This document shows positions 48,815 through 61,911 of a stretch of DNA of 64,000 bases, in pieces (position 1 is the stretch's first letter; each line of letters starts with the position of its first letter). The notes below the pieces were generated by a model, which was given only the letters and a program-made list of their open reading frames with translations, made no database searches and was not told where the DNA came from. The stretch covers positions 62,001-126,000 of the forward strand of contig MCFH01000057.1 of NCBI GenBank assembly GCA_002104945.1, written 5' to 3'. The DNA is from Piromyces finnis finn (taxonomy: Eukaryota > Fungi > Neocallimastigomycota). The translations under genes were made by a program, and so were the position numbers.

Positions 48815-51800
48815 TTGACCAAAAAGCCGAAAATAGATCCCTCTGTCCCAAACAATGAAGAAAAAGAATATGTTAAAGGCCGCCTTGTTAGAACCATCAA
48901 TGATGAAGATGATAGCGATGATGAATATATTAGTTTTAATAAAAAAGATAAATGTATTGTAACAAAAATTAATGAAACATGTAATAATGATAATGAATCA
49001 TGTAGTAATAATAATAATAATGGAAAAGATATTAATAAAGATAAATTGGTCGCCGTACCAACCCAATATTTAGAATTTAGTGAAGTGTTTAATGAAAAAA
49101 ATTGTGAAGTGTTACCTCCTCATGGACCTTATGATTGTGAAATCAAACTTAAAGATGATTCGACTTTATTTTATGGACCTTTGTATCCATTAACTGAAGT
49201 TGAAAGAGAGGAACTTAAAAAATATATTGATGATAATTTAAATAAAGGTTTTATTAGGAAATCATCGTCTCCTGCTGGTGCCCCAATTTTATTTGTTAAA
49301 AAGAAGGATGGCTCCCTAAGACTTTGTATCGATTATAGAAAGTTGAATGATATTACAATTCGTAATTCATATCCTTTACCTTTAATTAGTGACCTTTTGG
49401 ATAGGGTGAAAAATGCTAAGATTTTTACTAAATTAGACCTTAAATCCACTTATAATCTTGTTCGTATTAAAGAAGGTGATGAATACAAAACGGCTTTTCG
49501 TACTAAATATGGACATTTTGAATATCTGGTTATGCCTTTTGGATTAAAGAATGCACCTGCAACCTTCCAACACTTCATTAACGATGTTCTTAGTGACTAT
49601 TTAGACGATTTTGTTATCTCATATATTGATGATATTCTTATTTATTCTAATAATATCGAAGAACATCATGAGCATGTTAAAAAGGTACTTAAGAAACTAC
49701 TTGAAAATAATCTTTATGTTAAATTAGAAAAATGTGAGTTTGATGCTGAGAAAACCACTTTTCTTGGTTATGTCATTTCAAAGGATGGATTGCAAATGGA
49801 TGAAAATAAAGTTAAAGCAATTCTCGATTGGTCTGTTCCCAAGAATGTTAAAGAGGTTCAGTCTTTTATTGGTTTATGCAACTATTACAGAATTTTTATT
49901 AAAGACTTTGCTAAAATTGCAAACCCTCTTCACAAACTCACTAGAAAGAATGTTGCTTTTAACTGGGTGAAAGAAGATCAGGACGCTTTTATTTTATTAA
50001 AATCTCTGTTCATGTCAGCTCCTATACTGAAACATGCGGATAGTAATAATCAATTTATTGTTGAAACTGATGCTAGTAATTATGCTGTCGGTGCTATTCT
50101 CTCTCAAGAATTTGATGGCAAATTACATCCTATTGCATTTCTTTCTAAAAGTTTGACGAGTTGTCAAAGAAACTATCCTATATATGACAAGGAACTTTTA
50201 GCTATTGTAGTTGCTCTTGAAGAATGGCGTCATTATTTAGAAGGTGCACGCCATCCGTTCATAATTTATACTGATCACAAGAATTTAACATTTCCTAGAA
50301 AACCTGAAATGTTATCTCAGAGACAAATTAGATGGAATTTGTTCTTATCCAGATTTGATTTTAAACTCATTTATAGAGCTGGAAAGAAATCCGGTAAGCC
50401 TGATATCCTGTCTCGTAGAAGTGACCATTTAGTGAATAATATTAATTCTGATGTTTCTTGTCTTACTATTTCGCTTCATCATAGCGATAACAAACCGTTA
50501 ATCGATTCTATTTTATTAGAACTTAAAAATGACGATTTGTATAATTCTATTGTCCAATTTAAAATGAATGGTTCTGCATGTAATGCACCTATTAAAAATA
50601 TTGATAAAGTTATTATTGATAATGAAGGATTTTTGCTATATAATAATCTTATTTATGTTCCTAAATCTCTTAGGACAAGAGTTTTGGAACTTCATCATGA
50701 TTCTGTTGCTGCTGGTCATTTCGGTATTAAGAAAACCACTGAACTGATTTCCAGAAACTTTTGGTGGCCAAGATTTCATTCAGACGTTAAATCTTTTATC
50801 AAATCTTGCGTGACTTGTTGCAAATTCAAAGTCCCCAGACATAAGCCTTATGGATTGTTATCCCCTTTGGACACTCCCAGTAGGCCCTGGTCTGATATTT
50901 CTATTGATTTTATTGTTGATCTTCCTAAGTCCAGAGATATGACAACTCTCATGGTTGTTGTCGATAGATTTACTAAATTTGCTCACGCTATTCCTTTACG
51001 TTGTCTTCCTACTGCTTCGATTGCTGCTGATGCTTTTATTGCTAATGTCTTCCGTTTGCATGGTCTTCCTGATTCCATCATTTCTGATAGAGGCTCGCAA
51101 TTTACTTCTGACTTTTGGTCAAGACTTTGTGACCTTCTTAATATCAATCATTCATTATCAACTGCCAACCATCCGCAGACAGATGGTCAAACGGAGAGGG
51201 TGAATGGCATATTAGAACAATATTTCCGTTGTTTTATAAATAAAAAGCAAAATAACTGGGTTGATCTTATCCCATTTGCTGAATTTGCATATAATAATAC
51301 TTTACAACAATCTATAAATCAATCCCCATTCTTTGCTAATTATGGTTTTCATCCAAAGTTCAGCTTAGAAATTCCAGCTAATGATAGACCTAGTAGAGCT
51401 GAACAAAGAGTAATTGATATGAATGAAAACTTTAAATTATTAAAAGAAAATTTAGAAAAAGCAAAAGAAACATATAAGAAATATGCCGATATGAAAAGAA
51501 TGATTCCCCCGGAGTTCGAAGTGGGAAAGAAGGTATGGTTATTGAAAGATTCTCCTGGAACTAACTTAAAGAAAAAATTAGCACCTCAAATGCTTGGCCC
51601 ATTTGAGATAATTGAAAAAGTTAGTTCTCTCGCTTTCAAATTGAAACTTCCAAAGACAATGAGATGTCATCCAGTCTTTCATGTCTCATTGTTAGAACCA
51701 TACTTTGAAAACGAGTTTAACGATAGGTCTAATCGTAGGAAGAGGAACATTCACCTTAACACAGATTTGATTGAAAAAATTCCAGAGAAAATTGAGAAGA

Positions 51801-52018
51801 TGAAATCTGTTAATGGTGAAACATTTTATAAATTATCGTGGAAAGGATTTGACAAATCCACTTGGATTTCGGAAGATCAGATTCCAGATAAACAATTAAT
51901 ACAAGAGTTTGAAAGAAACTCTAAAAAGTCAAAACATAAGTCGAGCGACTCCTCCATGAAAATTAGAAAGAATAAAGTTGGTAATCTATATTGTTTTTTC
52001 ATAGAAATAGATAAATAA
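48815..52018 (+). CDS. pol: Uninterrupted RT-RNase H-integrase-chromodomain ORF; last ~10 codons run into the 3' LTR
   Basis: YIDD, ETDAS, GHFG, QTDGQTERVN, GPF, YKLSWKGF...TW. Confidence 0.95.
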   Translation: MTKKPKIDPSVPNNEEKEYVKGRLVRTINDEDDSDDEYISFNKKDKCIVTKINETCNNDNESCSNNNNNGKDINKDKLVAVPTQYLEFSEVFNEKNCEVLPPHGPYDCEIKLKDDSTLFYGPLYPLTEVEREELKKYIDDNLNKGFIRKSSSPAGAPILFVKKKDGSLRLCIDYRKLNDITIRNSYPLPLISDLLDRVKNAKIFTKLDLKSTYNLVRIKEGDEYKTAFRTKYGHFEYLVMPFGLKNAPATFQHFINDVLSDYLDDFVISYIDDILIYSNNIEEHHEHVKKVLKKLLENNLYVKLEKCEFDAEKTTFLGYVISKDGLQMDENKVKAILDWSVPKNVKEVQSFIGLCNYYRIFIKDFAKIANPLHKLTRKNVAFNWVKEDQDAFILLKSLFMSAPILKHADSNNQFIVETDASNYAVGAILSQEFDGKLHPIAFLSKSLTSCQRNYPIYDKELLAIVVALEEWRHYLEGARHPFIIYTDHKNLTFPRKPEMLSQRQIRWNLFLSRFDFKLIYRAGKKSGKPDILSRRSDHLVNNINSDVSCLTISLHHSDNKPLIDSILLELKNDDLYNSIVQFKMNGSACNAPIKNIDKVIIDNEGFLLYNNLIYVPKSLRTRVLELHHDSVAAGHFGIKKTTELISRNFWWPRFHSDVKSFIKSCVTCCKFKVPRHKPYGLLSPLDTPSRPWSDISIDFIVDLPKSRDMTTLMVVVDRFTKFAHAIPLRCLPTASIAADAFIANVFRLHGLPDSIISDRGSQFTSDFWSRLCDLLNINHSLSTANHPQTDGQTERVNGILEQYFRCFINKKQNNWVDLIPFAEFAYNNTLQQSINQSPFFANYGFHPKFSLEIPANDRPSRAEQRVIDMNENFKLLKENLEKAKETYKKYADMKRMIPPEFEVGKKVWLLKDSPGTNLKKKLAPQMLGPFEIIEKVSSLAFKLKLPKTMRCHPVFHVSLLEPYFENEFNDRSNRRKRNIHLNTDLIEKIPEKIEKMKSVNGETFYKLSWKGFDKSTWISEDQIPDKQLIQEFERNSKKSKHKSSDSSMKIRKNKVGNLYCFFIEIDK

Positions 52019-53521
52019 TATATAAATAATAAATGATTAATATATCAGTAATACATGGGCACATATTCAAATTGAATAGTACTTAATTTGAATTGCCAAT
52101 TGTATTTTACTAAAAATAGTTATAGTTTAAATATTTATTAATAATTAAGATTTTAGTGTAGATTTTAAATAATAATATATAAGAAATAAATAGTTATAAT
52201 ATAATATAAATGTATTTAGGAAAAATATAAATAGAAGATATTTTTCATCATTTTATCGATGTAATTGTTATTAATAAATTTCTATTATAATAAAAGATAT
52301 TTTTTAATAAAACAATTTTTATTTTATTTTAAATTTAGTGTTATTGTAATAGAATAGATATCCTAATCTATTCTTTCTGTGTCAGCATTACAATAAAATA
52401 TTCTAAACTATTTATACTATTTTTAAAATTACATTTAATAATTAAATAACTTTTCAATACATGATTATATTTATAATATAATTTATAATACTAAAACTTA
52501 AACTTAAGTCTTAATCATAATTATTAAGAATAACTATTGTTTATACTAGTAATAATATTAATTATAATAGTCTTATTGAAATAATTGTTATAATATAAAG
52601 TTATTATCTTCCGGAGGATTATTTTAATTTAATTTAATTTACTTTAATTAATTGGGAAAGATAATTTAGTTTTACAGAATGATTTATGATTAATACATCA
52701 GGGGTGATCATTCTCTGAATTTCCATTAATCATTTGTCCATAATTATCTTTAAACCTTAATATCTCGTGAACCAGTAGAGATATCATGCCCGTATTAACA
52801 TATATTGTGGTTCTCGAGCGTGGCTTTCTAGCAAATGTAGTTTCAGCCAAAAATATTTCTATTCAAAAATCGCAATTGGTTATGGAATTACGATTGTTTT
52901 TTGATATTAAATCATGGCCTTAAGGGTTAAAGGGGTTTATAATAATATATGAAAGGGTTAAGGTCTTGTTACTTGAGTTTTTAATATTTCTGATATTCTT
53001 CAATATCGTTTTTTAAAAAATTTGATAATAATTAATTTTTTGTTATTTTAAAATTAATTTCACAATTTCAAGTGATCTTGAAATTGTAGATTCCACTAGT
53101 ATCCGTGACATTTAAATAAATTATTCTGTTAATACAATATTTTACATTTAATGTCCATATGTAACGATGCTATGGTTCAAATAAGATATCACAATACAAT
53201 TGAATAGTTATAAAAATGAAAATTTAATTATTTTTAATTTTTATTCATTTAATTTATTTTTGTTTTTCAAATTTTATTAAATTTTTCTAAAAACTTCGTA
53301 CTTTTTCCAACTATCCATCATTTGAAATTTAATGATTTTGGATAGCTAACAAGTTAAATTAATTCTATTCGTAATATATGGATCATTCATTGTAACATAT
53401 ATTAAATCATTAACATATATTATGAATTATCTCTTAATATTTGAATAGAAAAATTCTTAATTAATAATTAATAAATTTTTAATTTATGATATGTGTAACA
53501 TTTTACATATCATATATTATA

Positions 53522-53942
53522 TATTCAATTATAACATATAATAAAATAATATTATTCAATTAATTATGCCCTTATTTAGACATAAGTAATAATTTTTCTA
53601 TCGAGGTATCTTCTGCTTTGTGTGTAACAGTTTCCTCTTTTAGTAAAAATTATGACATAGAATTTAATTAATAAAATAAACCTTAAATAATAATAAAATA
53701 CTAATAACTATTTTAATAATAAAATATTATAAGTAATTATACTAATGCTAATAATAAAGGTTATAATTAACTATATACAAATAATATAGCTATATAATAA
53801 AAATATGAATAATTAATAGAAAAATGTATAAAAATTATAATATATAATTTTTATATTTTAAAAATAGAGTTAAACAATAATAAGGAATATAAATAGTTGA
53901 AGGTTCAATTCTAGAACTCTAGCTAATTCAACTATTTATGTT
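53522..53942 (+). repeat. Dispersed repeat block (copy of 36352-36870 without the foldback)
   Basis: Direct alignment by eye. Confidence 0.8.
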
Positions 53943-54172
53943 CATTCCTTAACAACGATGATAAATAATAATTATAAATATATTATAAATTTGATATTAG
54001 TAGAGAATTTTATTATAAAATAATTATTAAATAATTTTATATAGTTTATTATAAAAATATAATTTACATAAAATCAAATATTTTATAAATATATATATTT
54101 GATTGGATTAAATTATAAAATAATTTTTAATATAAAGAATAATAATAATCGAAAGAAGACTTAGAATATTAA

Positions 54173-54679
54173 TGTAAGAAATACTTGTGGCCATAAATTT
54201 GCCCACAAATATTTCAATTGAAGCCATATATTCTGGTTAGCATTTATTGACTAGAAATTATTCATAACCATATATTAATGGTTATTTAAATAAAAAGTTT
54301 ATTCACTTTACCCAATCAAGTGGTAAAGAAAATAAACTAGTATAATTAAATAGTTAATGTAAACAAACGCTAAAATACTTTAACGTTAGTATTAAAGTAA
54401 ATTAATAACTATAATAATAATAATTAATGTAGAATAATTATAACTAATAAATAAAAGATATAATTAAAATAATTATTTAAGTAAATTTATTTCATAATAT
54501 TTATATATTTATTTATTTATATTTATTTTTGTGCTATAATATTTATTTTAGTCCTTTTATAATTTTTTATAAAACTTTATTTAGTTATTAACTCGTATAA
54601 AGAGGTAATAACTAACTTAATTAACTTTATTAATAACTTATAAACTAATTTATAATAAACCTTTTATAATACTAACGCT
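54173..54679 (+). mobile_element. Family D 5' LTR (54173-54668) followed by self-priming PBS
   Basis: D homology; ATACTAACGCT follows the LTR end and complements AGCGTTAGTAT in D; terminal CA mutated to TA. Confidence 0.8.
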
Positions 54680-55013
54680 TTATAGTTAGTTTTTACGTTA
54701 GTTTAGTTTTAATTAGGTTAGTATTATTAAAAGTTCTTAAAAAACATATTGTATTTTATTAAAATTATTGTTTAATAATAATTATTTACAATATTTTATA
54801 TAATATTTTAATATTATAATTAAAAGAAGTAAATTTATTATTAAAAATAATTATTTTATAGTAGTTTCATAACAAAAAGTTACTTATTTTTTAATTTTAA
54901 AATTCATAACCATATTATTTTATATAATAAATTCTCTAATTTACTGAAAGAATTTATTTTAGAAATAGAAATGCGCAAATCAGGTAAATCTCCTAACCTT
55001 CGAGGTGTCAATA

Positions 55014-55825
55014 TGTAAAATATTGTATTAATAGAATAATGTATTTAATACGTATTTAAAATAATGTATTAAATTAATGTACCGTAAATTTTACAAACAT
55101 TTACATCACAATATATTAACATAAATTTATGTGAAATTTTAATTTATTATAAGATAATGTATTACAATACATTAACATAAATTTATGTAAAATTTATTTT
55201 TTGATAAGATAAAGTTTTTGATGATAAAATAAAATTTTAAATTAAATATTTTTTAACCAATAAATATTTTAGATAATAAAAATTTTTTTATAAACTAAGC
55301 CTCAAAATTAGAAATATATAAATTAAATATATGTTTGAAATATAATCAACCATATAGTAAATAAATCAAAACTTTATTTTAAGTTTAAAAATCCTTTAGT
55401 AAATAAATTGAATTTAAATAGTTTAATACAAATAATTTCTTTTAATAAATGTATAAATGTAAATAAATGTAAACAATGTAAAATTATAATATTAAAACAT
55501 GTATATTAGAATTAATTCAATTTATTTAAAAAGTATAAATAAAGAAAATTTTTCAACTATTGAAACAATAGTTGGAAAATCGTATAAATTAATTTTGTTT
55601 AGATAAATTAACATTAGTTATAATTAGTTTAATTTTAAATAATAAAAATATATTGATTACCTAGTGAGGGCTCTGGTGAAATAACCTTCACGGTAAAGTA
55701 ATCAACGGTTGTTTTAGTTAGAATAATTTAATAAATAAATAAAGTATAATAATTAAAAATAATTTAGTTTAATTTAGTCGTTAATAAAGTGTATACAAAC
55801 CTGAACTATGATAGTTTATTTTACA
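55014..55825. mobile_element. Solo LTR, family J
   Basis: TGTAAAAT...ATTTTACA; TSD CAATA/CCATA (1 mismatch). Confidence 0.85.
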
Positions 55826-55834
55826 CCATAAATT

Positions 55835-57222
55835 TGTAATTGTAATAATTTTATTACATGTATTAATATTTCACATAATAAAATTATTAGCTACATTTTA
55901 ACACTAATTGTTAAAATGAGATAGTTATAAGGAAACTATTTATTAAAATAAAGAAAAATATACCTATCGAGTTTATTATAAGAGCCTACAATAAATAACA
56001 CTCGAATTAGGTTTTAATATATTTTTTATTATAAAGGTGATTTATTAATGTTAAAGGTGTATCAATTTATTTATGTTATTTATTATAATTTCTTATAATA
56101 ATAACTCTTGATTTTCAAATGAAACTCAAGTGGTCTTTTTATATAAAAATTTAAAGAATAAAAGAAAGTTCCAATCTTAATAAATTTCTTTTCTAAAAAA
56201 AGATTAGAAGAAAAACCTAGATGGAAAATATTAATCTTAAAACAGATTATATATTTAACAATAAAACAATTAAACACACGATAAAATAAAAATAAGAGTT
56301 TCTTTTTTAAAAATTATCTTCTTTATTAATGGTTAGAAATAAAATAACAATTACATCGATTCAATTGATAAAATTTACATGTATTTATATTTTTTCATAA
56401 TTATATTCTAATATATTATTCTATTTAAATAAACATATAATTAATATAAAATAAACAAAACTAATCTAATTAAATAATAAAATAATAAAACTAAACTAAA
56501 ACTAATTCATTATACTTTTAATTCAATTTGAGTAAACTCAAAATTGAATAAAGCTCATGTATTATCTATAAATTAATTTAATATTATCAATACTATTCTT
56601 AATATATTTCCTATTGAAATATAAACACATCTATTTTTAAAACTAAGTTAAAATTATTAAACTATTCTAAATTTAAATAAGAAAGTATATTATTATTAAA
56701 CTATTCTAAAATTAAATAAAAAGTATTTAAAGTTATTATGAATATTTAAAATATTTGAAATATTTAAATTTAATTAAGATTCTTTTGTTCCTTAAATTTA
56801 AATATTTATCTTTATTTAATTTTGACGGAATTATTATAAAATAATTTATTATTAAATTATTCCATTGAATATTAAAAATTTCATAGTTAATTATAATAAA
56901 TATTAATTTATTATTTAATAATTAATAGTTAATTATTAAATAATCTAAAGATATATATTATATCTTTACACTAGAAAAGTTTCGATTGATAATCCATTCA
57001 TATCAATCATCGTATTATTAGATAAAACCGAATGGATTCGGGAAAATTCTAATAATCTTTTTTTATAAATACAATAATTTACGTTATATTTAAAATACAT
57101 TATGTATTATAATAAAATTTAATAAAATTTAATAAAATATTAAAAGTTAAATAAAAATATAATAAATTAATTTTAATAAGAAATATAGATTATTTATTAT
57201 AAAATAAATCTAATTTCTTACA
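55835..57222. repeat. L-related LTR with nested solo A; left end uncertain
   Basis: Shared AGAAGAAAAACCTA and ATATCAATCATCGTA blocks with 2488-3322; ends TTCTTACA; no TSD. Confidence 0.55.
56222..56970 (-). mobile_element. Solo LTR, family A
   Basis: TGGAAAAT...TATCTTTACA; TSD CTAGA. Confidence 0.88.
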
Positions 57223-57224
57223 TT

Positions 57225-57850
57225 AACCCTTCTATATTTGTTTCTTCCTCTAATTCTGGGTTTCTTTTAGTATAAGGCTCCAACTGAGAGATATGAAATA
57301 CCGGATGAATGTGAAGGTTTTTCTGGTAATTCTAATCGGTAGTTCATTCTGCCCTTCTCTTCAATGACTTTGACAGGTCCGAAGTATTGATTAGAAAGTT
57401 TACGAGCTGGTTCATTGGAGAAATAGAATCTTTTGAGCCACACTAGATCATTTACTTTTAATTTTGGCCCAGTAGATTTTTTAAAATCGCCGAATTTTTT
57501 AAATGATGCTTTAGCTTTTTCTAGATGTGTCTTAATAGCATTAAAGTGTGCAGACCAGTCCTTAGTTAAAGCTTAAGCATTGTCCTTAAGTAAGATTGGT
57601 GGGGAATCAATATTGCATACTGGATTAAATCCATAATTTGCATAGAATGGTGATACTCCAATCTTACTTATGTATGGTGTTATTATATGCAAGTTCACAG
57701 AGAGGGAGGAAAAAACACCACTCGTTTTGTGCTGAGGAACAATAACACCAACACCTAAGGTATTGTTCAATTACTGAATTAACAGGTTCCACTTAGCCAT
57801 TGGATTGCTGGTGATGAGGTGTTTAGAATATAGCCATGACCTCAAAATAT
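57225..57850 (-). pseudogene. Chromovirus-type integrase fragment
   Basis: HQQSNG*VEPVNSVIEQYLRC, SPFYANYGFNP, YFGPVKVIE. Confidence 0.85.
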
Positions 57851-57854
57851 AAAT

Positions 57855-58180
57855 GAATTAAGATCTTTTTAGGTTTAATCAGTTATTACAGAAAATTTAT
57901 TAAAAATTCTTCAATTCGTGCAAATCCATTATTTAATTTAAGGAAAAATATAAAATTTGAGTGGAGCGAAAAGTGTAATAACTCATTTGAAGATCTACGA
58001 CAATGCTTATTATCAGATCCTATATTAGTATTTCCTGATTTCGAAAAACCATTTATTATACTTACAGATTCATCAACAACTTGTATCGGTGCTGTTCTTT
58101 TACAGGTGGAAGAAGATAAATTGGAACACCCAATTTATTGTGTTAGCAGATCACTAAAGCCAACTGAGAAAAACTATTAG
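57855..58180 (+). pseudogene. Gypsy RT-connection/RNase H fragment
   Basis: FLGLISYYRKFIKN...PDFEKPFIILTDSS...IGAVLLQ...SRSLKPTEKNY. Confidence 0.85.
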
Positions 58181-59027
58181 TGTTGTAACGTATAAAGGTT
58201 TTGTACCTTTTCACCAAAATTGTATTTCGGGGTTTCCTAAGCTGGCTTCGCCGTCAGGTTGTTGGACGCTGACCTACTTGTCATGTGTTCGACTCCGGGT
58301 TCTCTATATTATGGATTAAATATAGCGATTGCTATATTTAATCCATAATATTTGTCTATTTCTATTTCTTCTTTTTTATTTAAATAATTGAAGTTACCAA
58401 TCTATGAATAATGTTTATTCATAATTATTAAATAAGAATATTTATAAATAGTAAATATAAATAATTTATAAAATTCATGTAAATTTAGTCTTTAGAATTA
58501 GTATTAAGGTTAATTTGTATTAATAATATTAAATAATCAAATTATTAATAAAATATACTATTAATACAAAAAATAGTTAATTAGTATTGTGTTAACCTGA
58601 GTCTCTCGCGTTGTTACAAGTGTAAAGATTATTATATAATCAATATTTAAATGATTTATTTAATAATCTTCAAGAGAAAAACTAATCTCAATCACAAAAA
58701 TTTTTATTGTGTTACGTAAAGTTATTCATCACTTAGTGTAACACAAAAATTTATAATAAATAAAGTTCAAAAAATTAATAAAAATCTCTTAAAGGATTTT
58801 CATAAAGATTTACATTAAAATTTTTGTAATTTAATATTGTGAAATTAAATTATTATATTTTAAGATTCTTAAGGATAGTTTTATATTGAATAGCAATATA
58901 AATAAAATAGTTACATATATTATAATGTAATCGCAAAAAATATAAATAGTCCAAAATTTCATGTAAATTTAAGTAGTTGTAATTGTTGTTGACTATTAAG
59001 TAGTTAATAACATTTTAATAAAATAAT
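58181..59027 (+). repeat. C-related LTR (family I), hosting H at its terminus and G internally; right end not found
   Basis: TGTAAAGAT start after removing H; TGTAATTGTTGTTGACTATT block resembles C. Confidence 0.5.
58184..58618. mobile_element. Solo LTR, family H
   Basis: TGTAACG...TTGTTACA; TSD AGTGT; contains a perfect 21-bp hairpin. Confidence 0.9.
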
Positions 59028-59459
59028 TGTAACGAGTTTCTATATAAAGAATTTATTAATGTAGGAATTAATAATATTTATATAGAAAAATAAATTTTGT
59101 ATTCCCTATAAGTCAATAAATTTATTTATTTAAAATAATTTTTTTATTATTATTAAGTTTTTTAAAAATAAAGATTTAAATTTAAAAGTCAATAAAAACA
59201 CAACTATTTAATTTTTGATTCACATCACTTCTATTTATACTTTTTCTAAATCTGATGTGGCTAAATTAAAAATTAAATTTTCTTTCTAAATTATTCTTTA
59301 AATTAATTAAAAATTACATAAAATGAATCTCGTGATAAAAATACATAAAATATTTAATTTTTCGAATATTCGAACTTATTCTTTTTCGAATAAGTTCTAT
59401 AAGTTTCTATGAATCATAAATTAAATTGTTAAATAAATAATTTAAAATAAATTTTGGAT

Positions 59460-59527
59460 CAAGGTGTAAGTCGAACCCGAGTGATCTAGATTAATGTCTT
59501 AAATACTAACCATTAAGACAATATTAA
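59460..59527 (-). promoter_or_regulatory. tRNA-derived A/B box cassette in second G copy
   Basis: A box TGTCTTAATGG (59510-59520), B box GGTTCGACTT (59468-59477). Confidence 0.65.
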
Positions 59528-59538
59528 TTTTCTAATAG

Positions 59539-60155
59539 TGTCAAAAAGCGATTTTTTATTAAAGAAAAGTGTGGTAAGCACACTAGTTATATTAATTAAT
59601 AAATATAATACGCTTTCCTATTGAAGGCGTAAAGCTAATAATATTTATATAAAGAAATTTAAATAATATTTTTATTTTAGCAATAACTTAATATCAGCAT
59701 ATATTAAGTTATTAAAAATATTAAAATTTTTAAAGTTTTAGGTTTTATAGGAGTTTATAAATTTTATTAACTTTAAGTTAAAAAATTACTAACGCTAAAG
59801 CTTCGTAATTTTTGTCAATTTTTGTTCTTTTTATACATGAACAATTTTAATTATTACATTTTTTAATTTTAATTAATTATTGTCTAATTATAAAATATTT
59901 AATTTTTATAAATTAATAATTAATATAATTATTGTAAATAGTTAATAAATTTAAAATAAAATTTTTAATAATAAAATTTTAATAATTTTAAAAATTTAAT
60001 AATTTCAAATATTAGAAATTTTATACTTTGAAATTTTTTAATAAAAATTTAAAAAATAAATTTTTTCAAATTTTCAAATTTTCAAATTTTAAAAAAATTT
60101 TTAATTTTTTCCATGTGTCCAAATTTTTTAAATTTTTATATATGTTATTGTGACA
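59539..60155 (-). mobile_element. Solo LTR, family N
   Basis: TGTCA...TGACA; TSD AATAG; carries AGCGTTAGTAA, like the D self-priming motif. Confidence 0.9.
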
Positions 60156-60840
60156 AATAGATTCGTTACAATAATAAAACTAAAACTTAAAAAAGTGTAT
60201 TGCAAAAAATTTAGTTGTGAAGATATTAACTGGATTTAAAACAAATTCAGATAATATCTATAATTAATTAAACATAATAATTAGAATTAAATAATCCCAA
60301 TAATTATTTTAAAACACCTTTAAAAGTCACCTTTTAAATTTTGGTTCAGTGAAAGGGTTATGATTTCAAAAAATTTAATATCAATACACTATAACCCTTA
60401 ACCAAAAATAAACAACCACGAAACAAGGTGTAACTCGCCAAAAACGATCGCTACGGCTGTAAGTGCTACGGCTATGAAACCAGGTTTATTAGAAAGCTTA
60501 AGGAAAAAGCTACATTTTGGTACAATCGCGGTCCTTCTAACAGGTCATTTAAGGAAGATATGATCATTCGAAGATTTTAATAAGTAAATTAAAATTAATA
60601 TGATATCAAGTATGGATCATAGACATTTCTTATGACTTGACGAAAATTAAAAAGATATCAATAGAAATTTTAATTATATTAATTTAATTAATGATAGTGA
60701 CTGTTACTAAAAATAGAACTAAACCATTTAGGTGTAACGGTTAACATTTATAAATTAAATAATTTTAATTATTATAAAATAGGTTAATGGATCAAGTGTT
60801 TAAATGATTAATCATATGTTTATTTTATTTTATGTCATGA

Positions 60841-60867
60841 CAAAACAAACAAACAAACAAACAAACA
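60841..60867. repeat. (CAAA)n microsatellite
   Basis: Direct reading. Confidence 0.9.
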
Positions 60868-61289
60868 ATCTTATTATATTATTAACATATTACATGTAAT
60901 ACTTTATTTTTATCAATTTAATAATCTGAACAAAGAATATAAAATAGAATGAATTGAATTCGATTTTAATTCTTTGTAAAGATTATAGTTATAATCTTAA
61001 TTATATAGTTATTAAATATATTATCATTTATATTATTATTAATAAATAAATAAAATTTTATAAAAAAGTTATTCTAAAGAATAAATATTAATTTCTCATT
61101 TGGAAGTTTAAAGGGTTATTTTATATTTAAATTTAATTTCTTAAAAAACATATTTACTATATAATTGATAACATTCTGACCTGGCCGCATAACCAAATCC
61201 AAAAACTTAACATTAATGTTATTGGAGTTTTGTTTAATCTAGTGTTTTACAAAACTTTACATCAATATAAAAATTGCAAGAAATATTAG

Positions 61290-61823
61290 TGATCATTTCA
61301 ATCATATTAAAGATGTTCTAACCAGATCAATTGAATTATATAAATGTGCTGCCGATAAGAAAAGAATGGTTGCACCTGTTTTCAAAGTAGGTGATCTTGT
61401 ATGAATACAAGCTCCTCCATCTTTTAGTACTGAAGAAAGAACGAAACTTGCGCCATGTAAATATGGACCTTATAAAATCAAGAAGTTTTGAAATTTAATA
61501 ATTATAAAATAAATATAAAAAATTCACCATTTCAAAAACATCATCCAATATTTCATATATCAGAATTGGAACCATTTATTCCAACCCCAAAAAATTTTAT
61601 TAAAAGAAATTCACATCAAGAGTCTATTAAAGATATAATAGAAATTTCAGGATTTAGAACAAATTATAAATTAAAACAATATGAATATAAAATCAGATAT
61701 AAATATAGTTCTAAATATCACTGGGTTCCTTCTAGCGAAGTAGAAGACAATCCCAGAAATCAAAAGATTTATTTATTATATTTAGAAAATGAAAGAAAAC
61801 CGGTTTCTATTGCGTATAACTAA
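61290..61823 (+). pseudogene. Integrase C-terminus (GPY/F) with chromodomain-like tail
   Basis: FKVGDLV*I, KYGPYKI, HPIFHISELEPF, YEYKIRY...HWVP. Confidence 0.8.
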
Positions 61824-61911
61824 AAATTTATAAATAATATAATTTATTTAAAATAATAATTTTTCTTATTATGATATATTTTTAAATATTAATATTTAAC
61901 ATTTCCCATCA

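Larger units (their letters stand above)
45901..52392 (+). mobile_element. Chromovirus of LTR family B; 5' LTR 45901-47103, 5'-truncated 3' LTR about 51990-52392
   Basis: TSD ATAAA on both sides; self-priming PBS 47104-47114; gag-PR-RT-RH-IN-chromodomain. Confidence 0.93.
59028..60170 (-). mobile_element. Solo LTR, family G, containing nested N
   Basis: Reverse complement of 3746-4813; TSD ATAAT. Confidence 0.92.

Noticed and set aside
52690-52925. Possible host exon on the minus strand
   Set aside because: About 55 codons, no motif, no supportable splice sites.
60429-60590. Short GC-richer ORF-like patch
   Set aside because: Two ~45-codon frames with no recognisable motif; cannot be assigned without a search.
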